A stretch of 63,984 nucleotides of DNA, counting the filler, from Octopus bimaculoides (Eukaryota), in NCBI RefSeq assembly GCF_001194135.2. It is 5 parts of 5 records of this genome, joined end to end, with 100 filler letters (N's around TTAATTAATTAA, not from the genome) between each part and the next. Parts side by side here need not be neighbours in the genome. Positions count along the whole stretch, not along the records: positions 19,890 to 45,869 come from NC_069006.1; positions 45,970 to 61,785 come from NC_068990.1; 3 more parts are not named here. The stretch is one strand, 5' to 3'. The notes below the pieces were generated by a model that saw only the letters and a program-made list of their open reading frames with translations, did not search any database and was not told where the DNA came from. Both the position numbers and the translations under genes were made by a program. Positions 39,868 through 53,179 of this stretch are shown piece after piece (the stretch's first letter is position 1; the number at the start of each line of letters is the position of its first letter).

Positions 39868-40006
39868 TATAGTACCTGTGTATATAAAAGAGACCACTAA
39901 AGTGGACTGTTAATGTGCTAGAAAAAGATCACTTAAAAAAAGTGATATTTTTCTAGCACATTAACAGTCCACTTTAGTGGTCTCTTGTATATACACAGGT
40001 ACTATA
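39868..40006. mobile_element. 139-bp near-perfect palindrome, TA-flanked MITE-like element
   Basis: 67-bp arms with 2 mismatches and a 5-nt A loop. Confidence 0.8.
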
Positions 40007-40582
40007 ATCCCTTTAGGATCTCAGAAAATTTTTTCTGAACCTTCTGATTCTTTTAATGTGCTGGTTTCCTGGTATTATATTGATATTAATTAATATCAAA
40101 TTTTTACCCTATTATGTTAATTATATATATATATATCATCAGTAAATCATAAATCCAAAAAAGAAGTACACTCTAAGTTATAGAGTAGTAGCATATATAG
40201 ATAAAGATAGATATGGCCAGTCTATGGGGTTATCCTGAGTTTCATCTCCATGAAGCACTCCGCTTTACAGCATTTCTTCAGACTCTAAGCCTATGGCCTC
40301 TCTAGCAAGTCTATATATATATATGTCTGTATGTGTGTCTTTGTGTTTGTTCCTCCCCACTGCTTGACAACCGGTGTTAGTGTGTTTGCATCTTCACATC
40401 CCTGTAATTTATCAGTTTGGCAAAAGAGACCAATTGAATAGGCATCAGGCTTTAAAAAATAGTAAGCACTGGAGTCTATTTGACTAAAAGTTCTTCAAGG
40501 TGCTGTCCCAGTATAAGATAAACGGTACAACACCCAATAGAAATACACAAAAACTACACTTATATAAACCAAATGCTGTTAA

Positions 40583-40803
40583 CCCTTTTGATACCAACCC
40601 GGCTGAAACCGGCTCTGACTCTGTAGTACAAATGACTTGTTTTCCTAAGTTTTGCATTGAAATCTTCCACCAAACCTTAGTCACAATATATGTTCCTAAC
40701 ACCATCTTAATTATAACTAAGTTATTTTACTAAATTCTTTGTTATATTTAAAATAATTGAAAGAAACACAGAGCATCTCAAAATAAATATGGTAACGAAA
40801 GGG
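40583..40803. mobile_element. piggyBac-type MITE
   Basis: TTAA at 40579-40582 and 40804-40807. TIRs CCCTTTTGATACC / GGTAACGAAAGGG (11 of 13 match). Confidence 0.85.
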
Positions 40804-41129
40804 TTAAAGAATGGATGAATATGTTATTAAAGAACAATTCGTAAAACAGAACACAGCTTGTTTCTCACATCCAACTGCAAACACATGGAATATATTATAA
40901 ACACATCAGACTGGAAAGCATTCTCATTAGCACGAAGCCACAAACTTGCAAACCATTGAACAAGCACCAGGCGACCAATGTAGTAGACAAGTTTCAGTGA
41001 CAGCATGAAAGTTGTAAACTTCAAGACTGACTCTGACCATTGTTATGGCAGACACACAAATATGGTACTTTCTTATCAGTTGACTATGCAGTTACAACAA
41101 AGAGCCATCATAGTAGATTATAATAAAAG

Positions 41130-41560
41130 TGGTGAGCTGGTAGAATTGTTAGCATGCCGGGTGAAATGCTTAGCGGTATTTCATCTGTCTTTACGTTCTG
41201 AGTTCAAATTCTGCCGAGGTCGACTTTGCCTTTCATCCTTTCGGGATCGATAAATTAAGTACCAGTTACACACTGGGGTCGATGTAATTGACTTAACCCG
41301 TTTGTCTGTCCTTGTTTGTCCCCTCTGTGTTTAGCCCCCTGTGGGCAATAAAGAAATAAGAATCATTAGCACACTGGGCAAAATGCTTAGTGGCATTTCG
41401 TCTGTCTTTACATTCTGAGTTCAAATTTTGTTGAGGTCAAGTTTGCCTTTCGTCCTTTCAGTGTTGATAGAATAAGCACCACTTGAGTTTTGGGGTTGTT
41501 GCAATCAACTAACCCCTCCCTTGAACTCGCTGTCCTTGTGCCCAAATTTGAAATCAATAT
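41130..41560 (+). mobile_element. Two tandem family-B SINE copies
   Basis: Both contain ttctgagttcaaatt...gactttgcctttcatccttt. Further copies at 46085-46250, 48180-48560 (two, minus), 50050-50250, 57180-57582 and 57685-57900. Confidence 0.85.
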
Positions 41561-42167
41561 AGAAAACATCACCTTCAAATGAAACCAGAACAAATTTCTT
41601 GAAGGGGTACCAGGTAAGCCACCTGTACCTGGATGCATCTCAGTTAGTAACTCCTCCCACAAAACTTGACTTAAAAATGATTTAGTAGATCCTCTCATAT
41701 GGTGCTATTAAGTAAAACACGGCCTGGGCCGATCTTCGGCTGAAACATTTTTAAAGTATATAAACTAGATAGAAAAGAATGTTGATAGCATTATTACTGT
41801 CCTCATCATCGACAATTAATACCTGTTTTTTTCCATGCTGGCATGGGTTGGACCGTTTGACAGGACCCAGCAAACTACAGTCTTACATTGTGCTCAACAT
41901 CAGCTTCGCTATGGTTTCTACAGCTGGTCAGCCTTCATGGAGCCAACTACCTTACACTGTGCCCTCTTGACTTTTTTTTTTTTTTTTTTTTTTTTGTGCC
42001 ACTGATACAAATGAAGTTGCTAAGTAACTTGCAAGCAGGAAAAGAATAGAGAAAGGAAAAGTTAAAAAAGAAAACCTTTTCAGTTAAGCGGGGGGGGGGG
42101 GACTATTTGAAGAAGGAGAGGTGGCATTGTGCCAAGTTTTGGTGAAGGTTTAATGTATGATGTGGAA

Positions 42168-42407
42168 CAGTGTTTCACAACTGGGGTCCATAGAAAATTT
42201 TGTTGTTAAATTCTATGTGCAATAAATTGGTTATATTTCTACAATACACAAAATATATTCACAATTTTTTTTTTTAATACAATACCCAATAATATTTGAT
42301 TATAAAAATATAATAGGATTTTTTAAACATTGAATGGTTATGAGGGTCCATCTGAGTAAAATAGAAATCGAAGGGGTCCTTGGGTAAAAAATGGTTGGGA
42401 ACCACTG
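42168..42407. mobile_element. hAT-type MITE
   Basis: TIRs CAGTGTTTCACAAC / GTTGGGAACCACTG (12 of 14 match). The 8-bp TSD is degenerate. Confidence 0.65.
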
Positions 42408-43601
42408 ATATAGAGGAACAAGCATGGGTGTCTTGCTTGAGTGAAGATGCATAGGCCACCCTGAACTATACAAGGGTTGGTAGGAGTGGCTGAGAATAAG
42501 ATAAGGTGATTGTAATGGGGTGCCACAACAAACCCTCAAGGAGCGAGGGAGGATACATGCAGTGGATCAAAAGTGGGGCAGAAGGAGTGGGGCTGGGGTT
42601 ATAAATAAGTTATTGAAGCTTTATTGATTGAAAAATACAAACTAAAAATAAATATCCAGATATGGCATGCATGAAACAAACTATGAGAACTACTAGGAGT
42701 TGACTGCTAAGCATGTTTAATTCAGACGACGATGATTTTTATTGATTATGATGTTGTTTCCATGATACTTTGCTGCTTATTGCATAACATGCTAAGACAA
42801 CACCTATATCATCACTTCATTCATCAGATATGGCTGAGAAAGTCTTAAGATGTTAATGGACTTCAGAAGGTCATTGTTCCAAGTTAGGCAAAAATGTTAA
42901 AAGTCTTCTGTAATAATAAACACGAAATTCTGTCTGTCCAGGACCTCTGTATCTCAGTCTACATTTGCTCTACATGGACATATACCTTTTTGGAATCGGG
43001 ATGGTCCTGGGATTGAAAACAATTTGTCCTTCATTTGGTTTTTGAACATCTAGAATTGGGATCTGATTTAAAAGCATTTGAGTTGCTATTTCTAGCTAGT
43101 AAAACTTGGCTGATTCACACCATCTTGGTTGGTGTTTGTCAGATGACATCAGAGATCATTTGTTTTATTAATTTTATGTCACGATAAGAACTTTGGGACA
43201 AATTGACCAACAGTTGAAATTCAACTTGGTATTGGAACAATGGCATGTTTGCATTTACAGAATTAATTCTCATCTGTCCTTAACCTCTGATCAAACACCA
43301 CTGGTGGGGATATATTCATTATGGGCATATTATAGTCATGCTATTTAGCTCTCTTTCGTTTTGGGCTACAAGCACAATTAGCCCTCCGCAGGATATAGCT
43401 TAGAAGTCCACTTAGAGTGTGGTTTTTAAGCTAATTAATAAACAAGATTGGAAACATAAACATAGTCATTCCTGCAGTATGTTTAGGGAACAAAATTGTT
43501 CCCTAAACACATACACACACATATAGATTTAGGGAACAGTTTTAACTTGTGTGTGTGTGTGTGTGTGAATATGTACACACATATAATATAGATATATATA
43601 A

Positions 43602-43832
43602 GGCGGTGAGCTGGCAGAAACGTTAGCATGCCGGGCGAAATGCTTAGCAGTATTTCATCTGCCGCTACGTTCTGAGTTCAAATTCCGCCGAGGTCGACTT
43701 TGCCTTTCATCCTTTCAGGGTCGATTAAATAAGTACCAGTTACACACTGGGGTCGATATAATTAACTTAATCCGTTTGTCTGTCCTTGTTTGTCCCCTCT
43801 GTGTGTAGCCCCTTGTGGGTAGTAAACAAATA
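43602..43832 (+). mobile_element. tRNA-derived SINE, family B, full length, with probable 18-bp TSD
   Basis: acacacatataatataga at 43575-43592 and 43833-43850. Confidence 0.9.
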
Positions 43833-44247
43833 ACACACATATAATATAGAGGGATCTGAGACTCCAAGACTCTTGTTGGTTTACTGTGTTTGGGAAAACA
43901 CATCAAAATAAGTAAAATTGTGGTTGCCTTTGCATACAGGTATGTCCCCCGAATCCTTCTCCAGCTGAGATTTCCTAATCTTTTGAGCTCATGGGTGCTG
44001 TTGCCACATAAAAATCATCTATACATGTTCCACATAAAAGTACCCATGCCAGGGCTGTGTAGAAGTGTATAGTACACTCTGTAAAGTGGTTGGCATTAGG
44101 AAGAGAGCTCAGCCTTAGAAACCAAGTTTCAAGGCTATATGCCAAAGCAGACATGGAGCCTGGGCAGCTCTTCAGCTGGCCAGCTCCTGTCAAACTGTCC
44201 AACCCATGCCAGCATGGAAAATGGACATTAAATGGTGATGGTGATGA

Positions 44248-44302
<55 letters not shown>

Positions 44303-44731
44303 TTTGTTTTTAATCCAAACTACTGGAGGAATAGAAGAAATGAAATTGAAAATTTACCGATAATATATAAGAATTAATTAGAATTTAATTATATTTTAAA
44401 ATATGCAGACACACTTCATCAGTTTAATATTGGATTTTCAAAAATGTATCGTGCATGGAATGTGTGTTGCAAATTATCTGATTGAAACCAGTCAAGTGTG
44501 TCCCTATATTTCAAAATATAATTAATTTCTAATTAATTCTAATATATTCACTGTGCATTTTTGACTTCATGTCTTCTATTCCTCCACTTGTTTGAATACA
44601 TGCATGCATACATATATATGCACATATATATGTACATATATATATGTAATATATATGTATATATATATTACATATATATATGTGTATGTATATGTATATA
44701 TATATGTGTGTGTGTGTATATATATATATAT

Positions 44732-44880
44732 ATGTGTGTGAAGGCGCATGGCTTAGTGGTGAGGGCATTCGGCTCACGATCGTAAGGTTGAGAGTTCAAT
44801 TCCCAGCGACGCGTTGTGTCCTTCAGCAAGACACTTTATTTCACGTTGCTCCAGTCCACTCAGCTGGTAAAAATGAGTGG
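44732..44880 (+). mobile_element. tRNA-derived SINE, family E (ggcgcatggcttagtggt head)
   Basis: A-box tggcttagtggt, B-box-like gagttcaattcc, then gtgtccttcagcaagacac. A related fragment lies at ~60690-60820 (minus). Confidence 0.75.
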
Positions 44881-44910
44881 GACCCTCGTTGTCGTAACCG
44901 ACGCAGTGCT

Positions 44911-44989
<79 letters not shown>

Positions 44990-45812
44990 ATATATATATA
45001 TATATATATATTTAATTATATGTATTTCTTCTATCTTAATGAATAAAAATTCTTCAGATAGAATAAATGGGTTAATAGAAACCAATGTAGCAAAGAACAC
45101 AAAATAACTGTGGTGTAGTTCCTGTTTTTAAGGCAGGAACTCCTTGAAATTTTGGGTATTTGAGTATATTTAAAAATTTAAGGAATGGAGAAAACGCATG
45201 TTATAATTGCATTTTTATATATATCCAGCTGTAAAAACCACGCCAAAACAGTAACTGAAGCCTGATGCAGTTTTCTGTCTAACCAGCTCCTGTCAAACTG
45301 TTCAACCCATGCCAGCATGGAAAGCAGACGTTAAATGATGATGTTGATGATATGCATGAAGTCACTCGTTACAGGCATATAAGCAGTTTCAACACACATT
45401 CAGGATACACAAACAATCAAATGTATACTTATGTAGATTGTCACATACAAAAGGTCCACACAGAGAGGCACTCCTGCACAAATCTAATCACACACACACT
45501 AGCACACACATACATAAACACACATATACACATACATAAAAACACATGCATATACGTGTGTGTGCGTACGTACTCACGCATGTGTGTGCGCACATTTGTG
45601 GAAGCACTCCCAGGCACACTTTAGAAATATGTACACACACACACACACACACTGCCATTTGTGTTTTATGTGTGTATGTATATACAAGTGATATATTTGT
45701 TTTTGATTTGTTTGGGCTTTTGTGGCTAAGACCAAGCTGGACATATACAATAGTATACGATAAATATACTATTGTATATATCTGTAGTACTTATGAACAC
45801 ACATATTGTGTT

Positions 45813-45869
<57 letters not shown>

Positions 45870-45969
45870 NNNNNNNNNNNNNNNNNNNNNNNNNNNNNNN
45901 NNNNNNNNNNNNNTTAATTAATTAANNNNNNNNNNNNNNNNNNNNNNNNNNNNNNNNNNNNNNNNNNNN

Positions 45970-46012
<43 letters not shown>

Positions 46013-46555
46013 GTAGGTAAGTGTGTGTGTGTATGTCTGTGTCTATAGGTAATTGTATATATGTTTTTTTTAATATATAGTTGCATGCGTTCAGTGTTCA
46101 AATTCCGCCGAGGTCGACTTCACCTTTCATCCTTTCAGGGTCGATTAAATAAGTACCAGTTACGCACGAGGGTGGATGTAATTGACCTAATCACTTGGTC
46201 TGTCCTTGTTTGTCCCCTCTATGCTCAGCCCCCTGTGGACAATAACGAATTGAATATATAGACTCCAGGAGTGGCTGTGTGGTAAGTAGCTTGCTTACCA
46301 ACCACATAATTCCGGGTTCAGTCTAACTGCGTGGCACGTTTGGCAAGTGTTTCCTACTATAGCCTCGGGCCGAACAAAGCTTTGTGAGTGGATTTGGTTG
46401 AGGGAAACTGAAAGAAACCCACCGTATATATATTTATATATATGTATGTATGTATATGCGTATGTATGTGTGTATGTGTGCGTTTGTTCCCCCCACCAAC
46501 GCTTGACAACCGATGGTGGAGTCTCTACGCCCCCGTAACTTAGCGGTTCGACAAA

Positions 46556-46586
<31 letters not shown>

Positions 46587-47399
46587 CATATATATANNNN
46601 NNNNNNNNNNNNNNNNNNNNNNNNNNNNNNNNNNNNNNNNNNNNNNNNNNNNNNNNNNNNNNNNNNNNNNNNNNNNNNNNNNNNNNNNNNNNNNNNNNNN
46701 NNNNNNNNNNNNNNNNNNNNNNNNNNNNNATATATATATTCTGTTGTGTCTGGGATGAGTCATTTTCTTTTTGTGCCTTATAAATTAACACTCACCGGTA
46801 AAATTTCCAGTTATTCTTTATTTTTATTTTCCAGACACAACAGGTTATGCTTCAACACACGAACTCACATAAAGAATCTTGCAAACCAAATCCCAAAACG
46901 AAATATATCTATATCTCCCTCTCTGTCTGTCTGTCTGTCTCTCTCTCTATATATATACACCCTCAGCCTTATAATACATAGCAGGCTTGTGCAAAGCTGA
47001 GACGTGGTGTGTTTCTTCATGTGCGCTGCAGATTATCAAAACTACTGCTATAAGAAATTTCATTAAAGGGACTATTTATGGAGGAAGTCTAACAGACATT
47101 ATCAATAAAGATACATTTGTCATTCGCACTCCATTAACAAAAATGAGAAAAAGACATTTGTCTGATCATAGCATTCATTTTTGCAGACTTATTTCAGACA
47201 TTAAAACGTTTGGGGGTTTCTTTTGTTGATGTTGCGCGCTTTAAATCACCCGTTTTAAAGCACATCGACCTTCTATTATAGCTAATGCAATCCACTATTG
47301 CAAGCAAATGGATGAGAAATAAGCAGTGGAAAAGATGTAGTATATCCCGAAAATTGTATAATCACTGCATAGTTCCCCTCTATCTCTATCTACACCCAC

Positions 47400-47945
47400 A
47401 CAAATGTAATGTGTATCGTAAATATATAATCAGGTCTAATTTCCCTGTTTCTCCGTGGATTGAGAATATTGATGGACGAACTTAATCGATTTCCGAATCT
47501 TATTCGATTCTCTTCAGATGTATCTATATCAATTTCACCATTCCCAGAGAAACAATCAGCCATTTTGTTTATATACTCAACGAATACAGTCGCTACAGAA
47601 AATTTGGTGCTACTCATCTGCATACCGTAAGTGTTAACGCCTTATTAAATATGAAGGGGGTCTGTCAGTGAGGATCGCGGCCCACAGTATCAAGGCATGA
47701 TATATGTAATCTAAATTGGAGATACATAATCGGGGCTAGTTTAGCTGTTTCTCTGAAGATTGGAAAACAATTATAACAATCTTAATCGGTTTTGAATCGT
47801 ATTAGATTCGCATCAGAGACATCTACATCACTTTGACCGATCCCAGGGAAACAAACTGCCAATCTGTTTGTATACTCAGCAATTACAGTGGCTACAGAAT
47901 ATCTGGAGCTACTAATTCGCATGACAACAGGGAGCTCTGTCCATA
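47400..47945. repeat. Old tandem duplication, ~220-bp homologous segments ~300 bp apart
   Basis: cttaatcg...gggaaacaa...gtatactca...gctacagaa...gctact blocks occur at 47481-47625 and 47781-47925, with roughly three quarters identity by eye. Confidence 0.8.
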
Positions 47946-49249
47946 CAAGCTCTGTCCTATATAGTAATCCAAAATATTCTATAATTATATACATAAATAT
48001 AATTATTATCAGGGGTCAGTTAACTGCTTCTCCAGGTACCGAAATTAGAAATAGAAGTTAATGCCATTTCAACAACCATAAGTATCTCCGAGACGATAAC
48101 ACACTTTTTTATGTAGGCAAAAAGAAAAATGATGAATCCACATGACTTCGATTATTGAGCATGGCTGAAACCGAACAAGGCCAGTGGTTTCGTGGGAGGG
48201 GGCTTGTCGATTACATCGACCCGTGTTCAGCTGGTACTTATTTCATCGACCTCGAAAGGACGAAAGGCGAAGTTGACCTCGGCGGAATATGAACTCACCG
48301 AGAAATACCGTTAATCGTTTTTCGACACCAGAATATATATTCATTTCAAAGTTTGGCAAAAGGTCAGCAGTTTTGAGGAGATGCTTAAGTCGATTGCATC
48401 GACCAGAATGTTTAACAGGTACTTATTTTATCGACTCCGAAAGGATGAAAACAAAGTTGACTCCGGCAGAATATGAACCCAGAACGTGAAGACGGACGAA
48501 AAGTCGTTAAACGTTTCGCCCGGCGGGCTACCGATTCTGCCAGTTAGCTGCCTTTACAGCAGAATAAATATTAAAACATAAAAAAGGGCTGCTAATTACC
48601 AGCGTGTAAGATGCATTATTAAATGTAGGCAACAAAATTCAGTGAAATTATTTAAGTTTACGGTAGAGATTTAGTTTGAAAATGAAAATAAGGTGGTTAT
48701 TTATCACAAGAAATACAAGAAACCAATACCGAAACATTTGGGTATCATTAGAGAAGTACAGTGTCACGATGAATCTTTTAACTGATTGTCGTTTGGCAGC
48801 ATAAAAATGGCATCACCATAAAAGGTATTGAAAAAGTCTCCAAATGTAAAATATTTAGAAAGAAAAATAAGAGATACAGTGTCATATTGTTTGAAGAAAA
48901 ATCCTGAGATATTATAAAGAGTTATGAGTTAACAAATTTGGAATGAAACGATAAAGAAGAATCTTTAGTTCTAGAACCTTAGTTCTACGATAAATCTTTT
49001 GGAAACAGGCACGTATTCTTCATAAGAGATTACTGAAAAGTAAAGAATGCAACGGAATATTTTCAAAACTATTTTAATGCTAGAAAAATGGTTTCTTGCA
49101 GCAGAAAACGTTTACCCTTTGTAGCTAATAGGTCATACTAATGATAATTAAGAAAAGTTTACTGCATGAAAATTAATTAGCGTAGGCATTAAATACAGTG
49201 AGTTGCTTGCAATGTATGAAGGCCATAGATAAGAGGCAGTATTCTTTCC

Positions 49250-50015
49250 TATTGAAACAGGCGTAGCAGGATTTATTGGAACCATCTTTCAGTCGATACT
49301 CAGTGACGTCACTGAAAAGGCAATCCATTACATATGGCTCAAGAGTGAAGAAGAGTGGAGCAACAAAACGAGCGCTGAAGGTGATAGAAACATTTGGCTC
49401 AGAGTCACAACATTTGACTCAACAAAGCTCGTATTGTTGTGCGGGACCTTTCAGATATAATTTTTCTCTCGGCTCATTTCTGGATGAGATTGCCCCCTCC
49501 GCGCTTCACGTCACCACGTGCTAGTTCTTCTACTGGAAAAGAACTGACCGAACCAAACCGCAAACATTTAACCGGTCCTTCCGTCCAGCGCCCCAATACG
49601 TTATTGAACAGCATGGATCTGTGACTCCAGGTGCCGAGATGCAAAGCCCACTGACTTTTCTTGGTTATTTTCGGCTCCTATAACCTCCTCGTAATCTTGT
49701 AGTGCAGTACCAATCGAACTGTATGCTTGGAATTCGAAACTATGCCGATGACGTCGTCCGCGTATGCCGACAAGGTTCTCCATGGTCCATGTTCATACAA
49801 GATCCCCCTCAACGCTTCCAGTGTCCGCTGTAGTGGCTCTAGAGTCAGTGTTTACAGAAGAGACGAAAGCAGACATTCTTGGCGGATCGACAGCATGATG
49901 TTGAATAGTTTCGATAGGTAACCATTCACTCGAATAACCACATAGTTGTCGTTGTGCACTGAGGCAATCCAGCCACGGAAAACGGGAATAAAACCAACCG
50001 CGTTGAGAACGGCTA
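49250..50015 (-). mobile_element. L1/Tx1-clade LINE reverse transcriptase fragment, decayed
   Basis: Minus-strand translation AVGFIPVFRGWIASVHNDNYVVIRVNGYLSKLFNIMLSIRQECLLSSLL*TLTLEPLQRTLEALRGI...SAYADDVIGIVS contains RT motifs 4-5 (RQGCPLSPLL-like, YADD). Confidence 0.85.
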
Positions 50016-50254
50016 ATAATTCTTTCCACTATGCGTTCAAGGTTTGAAATCTTTTAAGGGTGTTTGGGGTTGTCGATTAAAATAACCCCAGTGTAAAACT
50101 GGTACGTATTTTATCGCTTACAAAAGGATGAAAAAATCAATGTCGACATCGGCGAAATTTGAAATTCGACATCGTAGAATTTGAACGTAAGCACGGACGA
50201 ATTACTGCCAAGCGTTTTGTACGGTGTGCTAATGATCCTGCCATATTGCTGCTG

Positions 50255-50415
50255 TAATAATAATAATATTAATGATGACGACGACGACGATGATGATGAT
50301 TGTAATGATGATGATGATGGTAATGATGATGATAATGATAGCAGTAATGATAGTAATGATAGTAATGATAGCGGTAGTGGTAGCAGCAGCAGTAGTAGTA
50401 ATAGTAGTAGTAGAT
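50255..50415. repeat. (AAT/GAT/GAC/AGT/AGC)n trinucleotide tract
   Basis: Directly visible. Confidence 0.9.
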
Positions 50416-51335
50416 GAAACGGTTTGAAAGAAGTATCGTTCAATTTCCTGAAAGTTGGCCATGTCAAAATTCGAATACAATTCATTAAAGTTCAAACTTC
50501 ATAATTTCTGTTTTTATAAAATAGTTACTTTACTGCCTAAAGTTTATATTAATTTAATAGAATTTCGAAGCAACACAATAGATAAATTGGAATATAGAGT
50601 TGCTAATTCATTGTTCAAGATTGCGAAGGAAGTTCATTGGACAATGCTATTTTGTGATTGAATGAATATGATTGGCTAAATTGCTTTATATTTAAATTTT
50701 TTTTTATTTTAAGTTAATATCAAAGAAGATGTTTCGAAAATCTCTTTGAAGATATTTATCTTGTTCGTATTATTTTAATAAAGAATTCTTTACTTGTGGG
50801 TCATTAATGTATAAAAGATTCTTAACAGTGTTATACAATACAAATTTCAAAGAGAAGGTGATGTTACTTAAGTCATAATCATTTTCATGGAAGTATTACG
50901 AAGAAATAACAGCCAATCAGAACTCGTTGTTATGTGATGACGGATGTGAAGGGGAATACGCTCGCGTAGCAGAATTAGAAAATTCCTCACATATAATCAC
51001 TCTGCTGCTTCAGTTTCGTTTCCTTCATATTCGAATTTTAAATAACGATGGTGATCATCGCGCATCTAACTTTCAAGATGTCATCAATAAATATGCGGTA
51101 ACGTTCTGTTATGGGGGCAGGTGTGGCTGTGTAGTTAAGAAGCTCGCTCTACAACCGCGTGGTTTCATGTTCAGTCCCACAGAGCGACACCTTGGTGATC
51201 GTTCTTCTACTTCAACTCAGGCCAAAGTCTTGTGAGTAAATTGGTAGGTGATAATGAGATGTATTTCATATGTGTATGTGTGTATGTAGTTATGTGTAGC
51301 TGTGTGTAGCGTGTGTATGTGTGCACGTGTGTTTC

Positions 51336-52520
51336 TGAGGTTGGGTGACAATGTCCATAGGCTGATCATGAAGGAGTGATGCTAGAGCTGTGCAATCTTG
51401 CATGCATTGCTTTCACTCCCTCTTATAATAACTGTATTGCTTCTCTCTAAGTAAACTGACCTTTGACTGATTGAAAAAGACGTAGTAGCGACCTCTCTTG
51501 AAAATCGACAATATTTGGCATCGTAGTTTCATCAAGTACCTGCAGGAAAAAAAGGTAATCCCTAAGGACATCATACTGACATGGTTGCTACATTAAGGGA
51601 TTACGTCGCAGATTTATCAAAAGCGCAAAAGTAGACAACTGAATTTAAGAGGGAAAAGGAGAGTCCTGACGATGACCCAACGTTTTGACGTTCTGCAACT
51701 TCCAGCACAGAGAAAAAAAAATCCGTGTTCACCACATGCTGACGGGTGAGAGGCGGTTGACTATAAATCAAATAGCCAATGCTATTAGCATATCCTGTGA
51801 TAGAGTTGATAATATTCTACACAATTGACTTGGCATGGCGAAGGTTTCTGTTCGATGGATGCCCTGTCTTCTGACATCTGATCAAAAGCGAACCAAGCTG
51901 ATATTCTATGAGTCATATCCAGCTAGTTTTCTTGAATGTTTTCTAACACAGGATGAGTGTTGGCTTCATCAGTTTGTGTCAGAGACAAAGAGACAATCCA
52001 TACAGAGGAAACATCCCTCCTCGCCTGCACCAAAGTAAAGCAAGGTCGTTTCATTTGCAGTGAAGGTGATGTCCTCCGTTTTGGAGAAGCAAAATGCCTT
52101 GTATTTATTAACTCACCTCAAAAGAGCCACATTATCAATAGAGGGCACTGTTTCAACAGTTACAAAAGGCTATCAAAACTAAATACCTAGAAAAGCTGAT
52201 TGAAGGAGCCTTGTTTCGTACGGACCATGGCCCAGAACGCAGGTACTTGATTTCAATGGTTGCTGTGCGTGACTGCGGCTTTGAACTGGTTGATCATCCT
52301 CCCTATTCTCATTATTTGGCCCCATCTGACTATCATCTGTTCTCCAACATTAAAACATGCTTGACTGAGAACCTGTATCGCAGTGAAGATGACGTCATAT
52401 CTGGTGTCGATGACTTTTTGAGGAACAGGATGAAGGCTTTTTCATCAACGGAATCCAGTCACAGCAGCACCAATGCAAGAAGTGTGTAGACCGTAAAGAA
52501 GAATATGTTGAAAAGTGAGC
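51336..52520 (+). mobile_element. Dead mariner (DD34D-type) transposon
   Basis: Broken frames give WMPCLLTSDQK (WVPxxL motif), FLTQDECWLH (TGDETW), HPPYSHYLAPSDYHLF (YSPDLAP) and a terminal CVDRKEEYVEK*. Confidence 0.9.
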
Positions 52521-52559
52521 TACAGAGATAGAGAGAGACTGGAAAACTGCGACATCACT

Positions 52560-52978
52560 CCCTGGAGCGAAGGCGAGACGAATATGTAATAATCTGTATA
52601 TATAAAACTCTACAAGGGCTAGTGACCAATTTCGGCATCAAATCTTATACAAACACTAGAACTGGACGCCATTGTGTTGTACCAAAGTTACCTTCTATTC
52701 CATCTAAATTCAAGACCAGTTACTGCAATAGTCTAAGGTTCAAAGGCCCACACCTCTTCAATGCCCTGCCACAAAAACTAAGAAATTTACTTAATGTAGA
52801 TGTCTTAATGTATCTTTCCACGATACAGGATGAACCAACGACCCGACATGAGGTACAGACGAGGGCAGCCGAATCAAACTGCCACATACACCAAATGGCC
52901 AGCAGCTGGCACACAGGCACATACAGACGTGATGATGTGAAATACATCAGACTGAGGAAAGCAGCAAGACAGACATGA
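52560..52978 (+). mobile_element. CR1/L2-group LINE ORF2 3' fragment
   Basis: RTGRHCVVPKLPS...SLRFKGPHLFNALPQKLRNL...YLSTIQDEP matches the C-terminal GPxLFNxLP motif of this group. Followed by (CA)n. Confidence 0.65.
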
Positions 52979-52988
52979 ACTTCATTTG

Positions 52989-53032
<44 letters not shown>

Positions 53033-53072
53033 TACATATACACTTTATTTAAAAGCAGCAGAAATATAACTA

Positions 53073-53116
53073 AAACTGTTACCCGGAGTTTCACGTTGCC
53101 GTTCTTCGGACAGTTT
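53073..53116 (-). ncRNA. Type I hammerhead ribozyme-like motif (U4C core variant)
   Basis: Minus strand reads aaactgt-CCGAAGA-acg gcaa cgt-GAAA-ctccggg-TA-acagttt: 7-bp stem I, GNRA-capped stem II, GUA cleavage triplet. Confidence 0.6.
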
Positions 53117-53135
53117 AGTTAGAAAAAAGCTAACT

Positions 53136-53179
53136 AAACTGTCCGATGAACGGGAAGGTGAAACTCCGAGTAACAGTTT
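53136..53179 (+). ncRNA. Type I hammerhead ribozyme-like motif (U4C core variant)
   Basis: aaactgt-CCGATGA-acgggaaggt-GAAA-ctccgag-TA-acagttt: 7-bp stem I, weakened stem II, near-palindromic stem III, GUA triplet. Confidence 0.55.

Noticed and set aside
12016-44880. tRNA-like A/B-box sequences
   Set aside because: They are SINE heads. None forms a complete cloverleaf, so no tRNA gene is called.
47400-47945. Cadherin- or VWA-like reading of the duplicated peptide
   Set aside because: Diagnostic motifs (DxNDNxP, LDRE, DxSxS, TDG) are absent and the resemblance is superficial.
50680-50925. CCAAT boxes (attggc, cagccaatcag)
   Set aside because: Isolated motifs with no linked transcript evidence. 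They could belong to a repeat.
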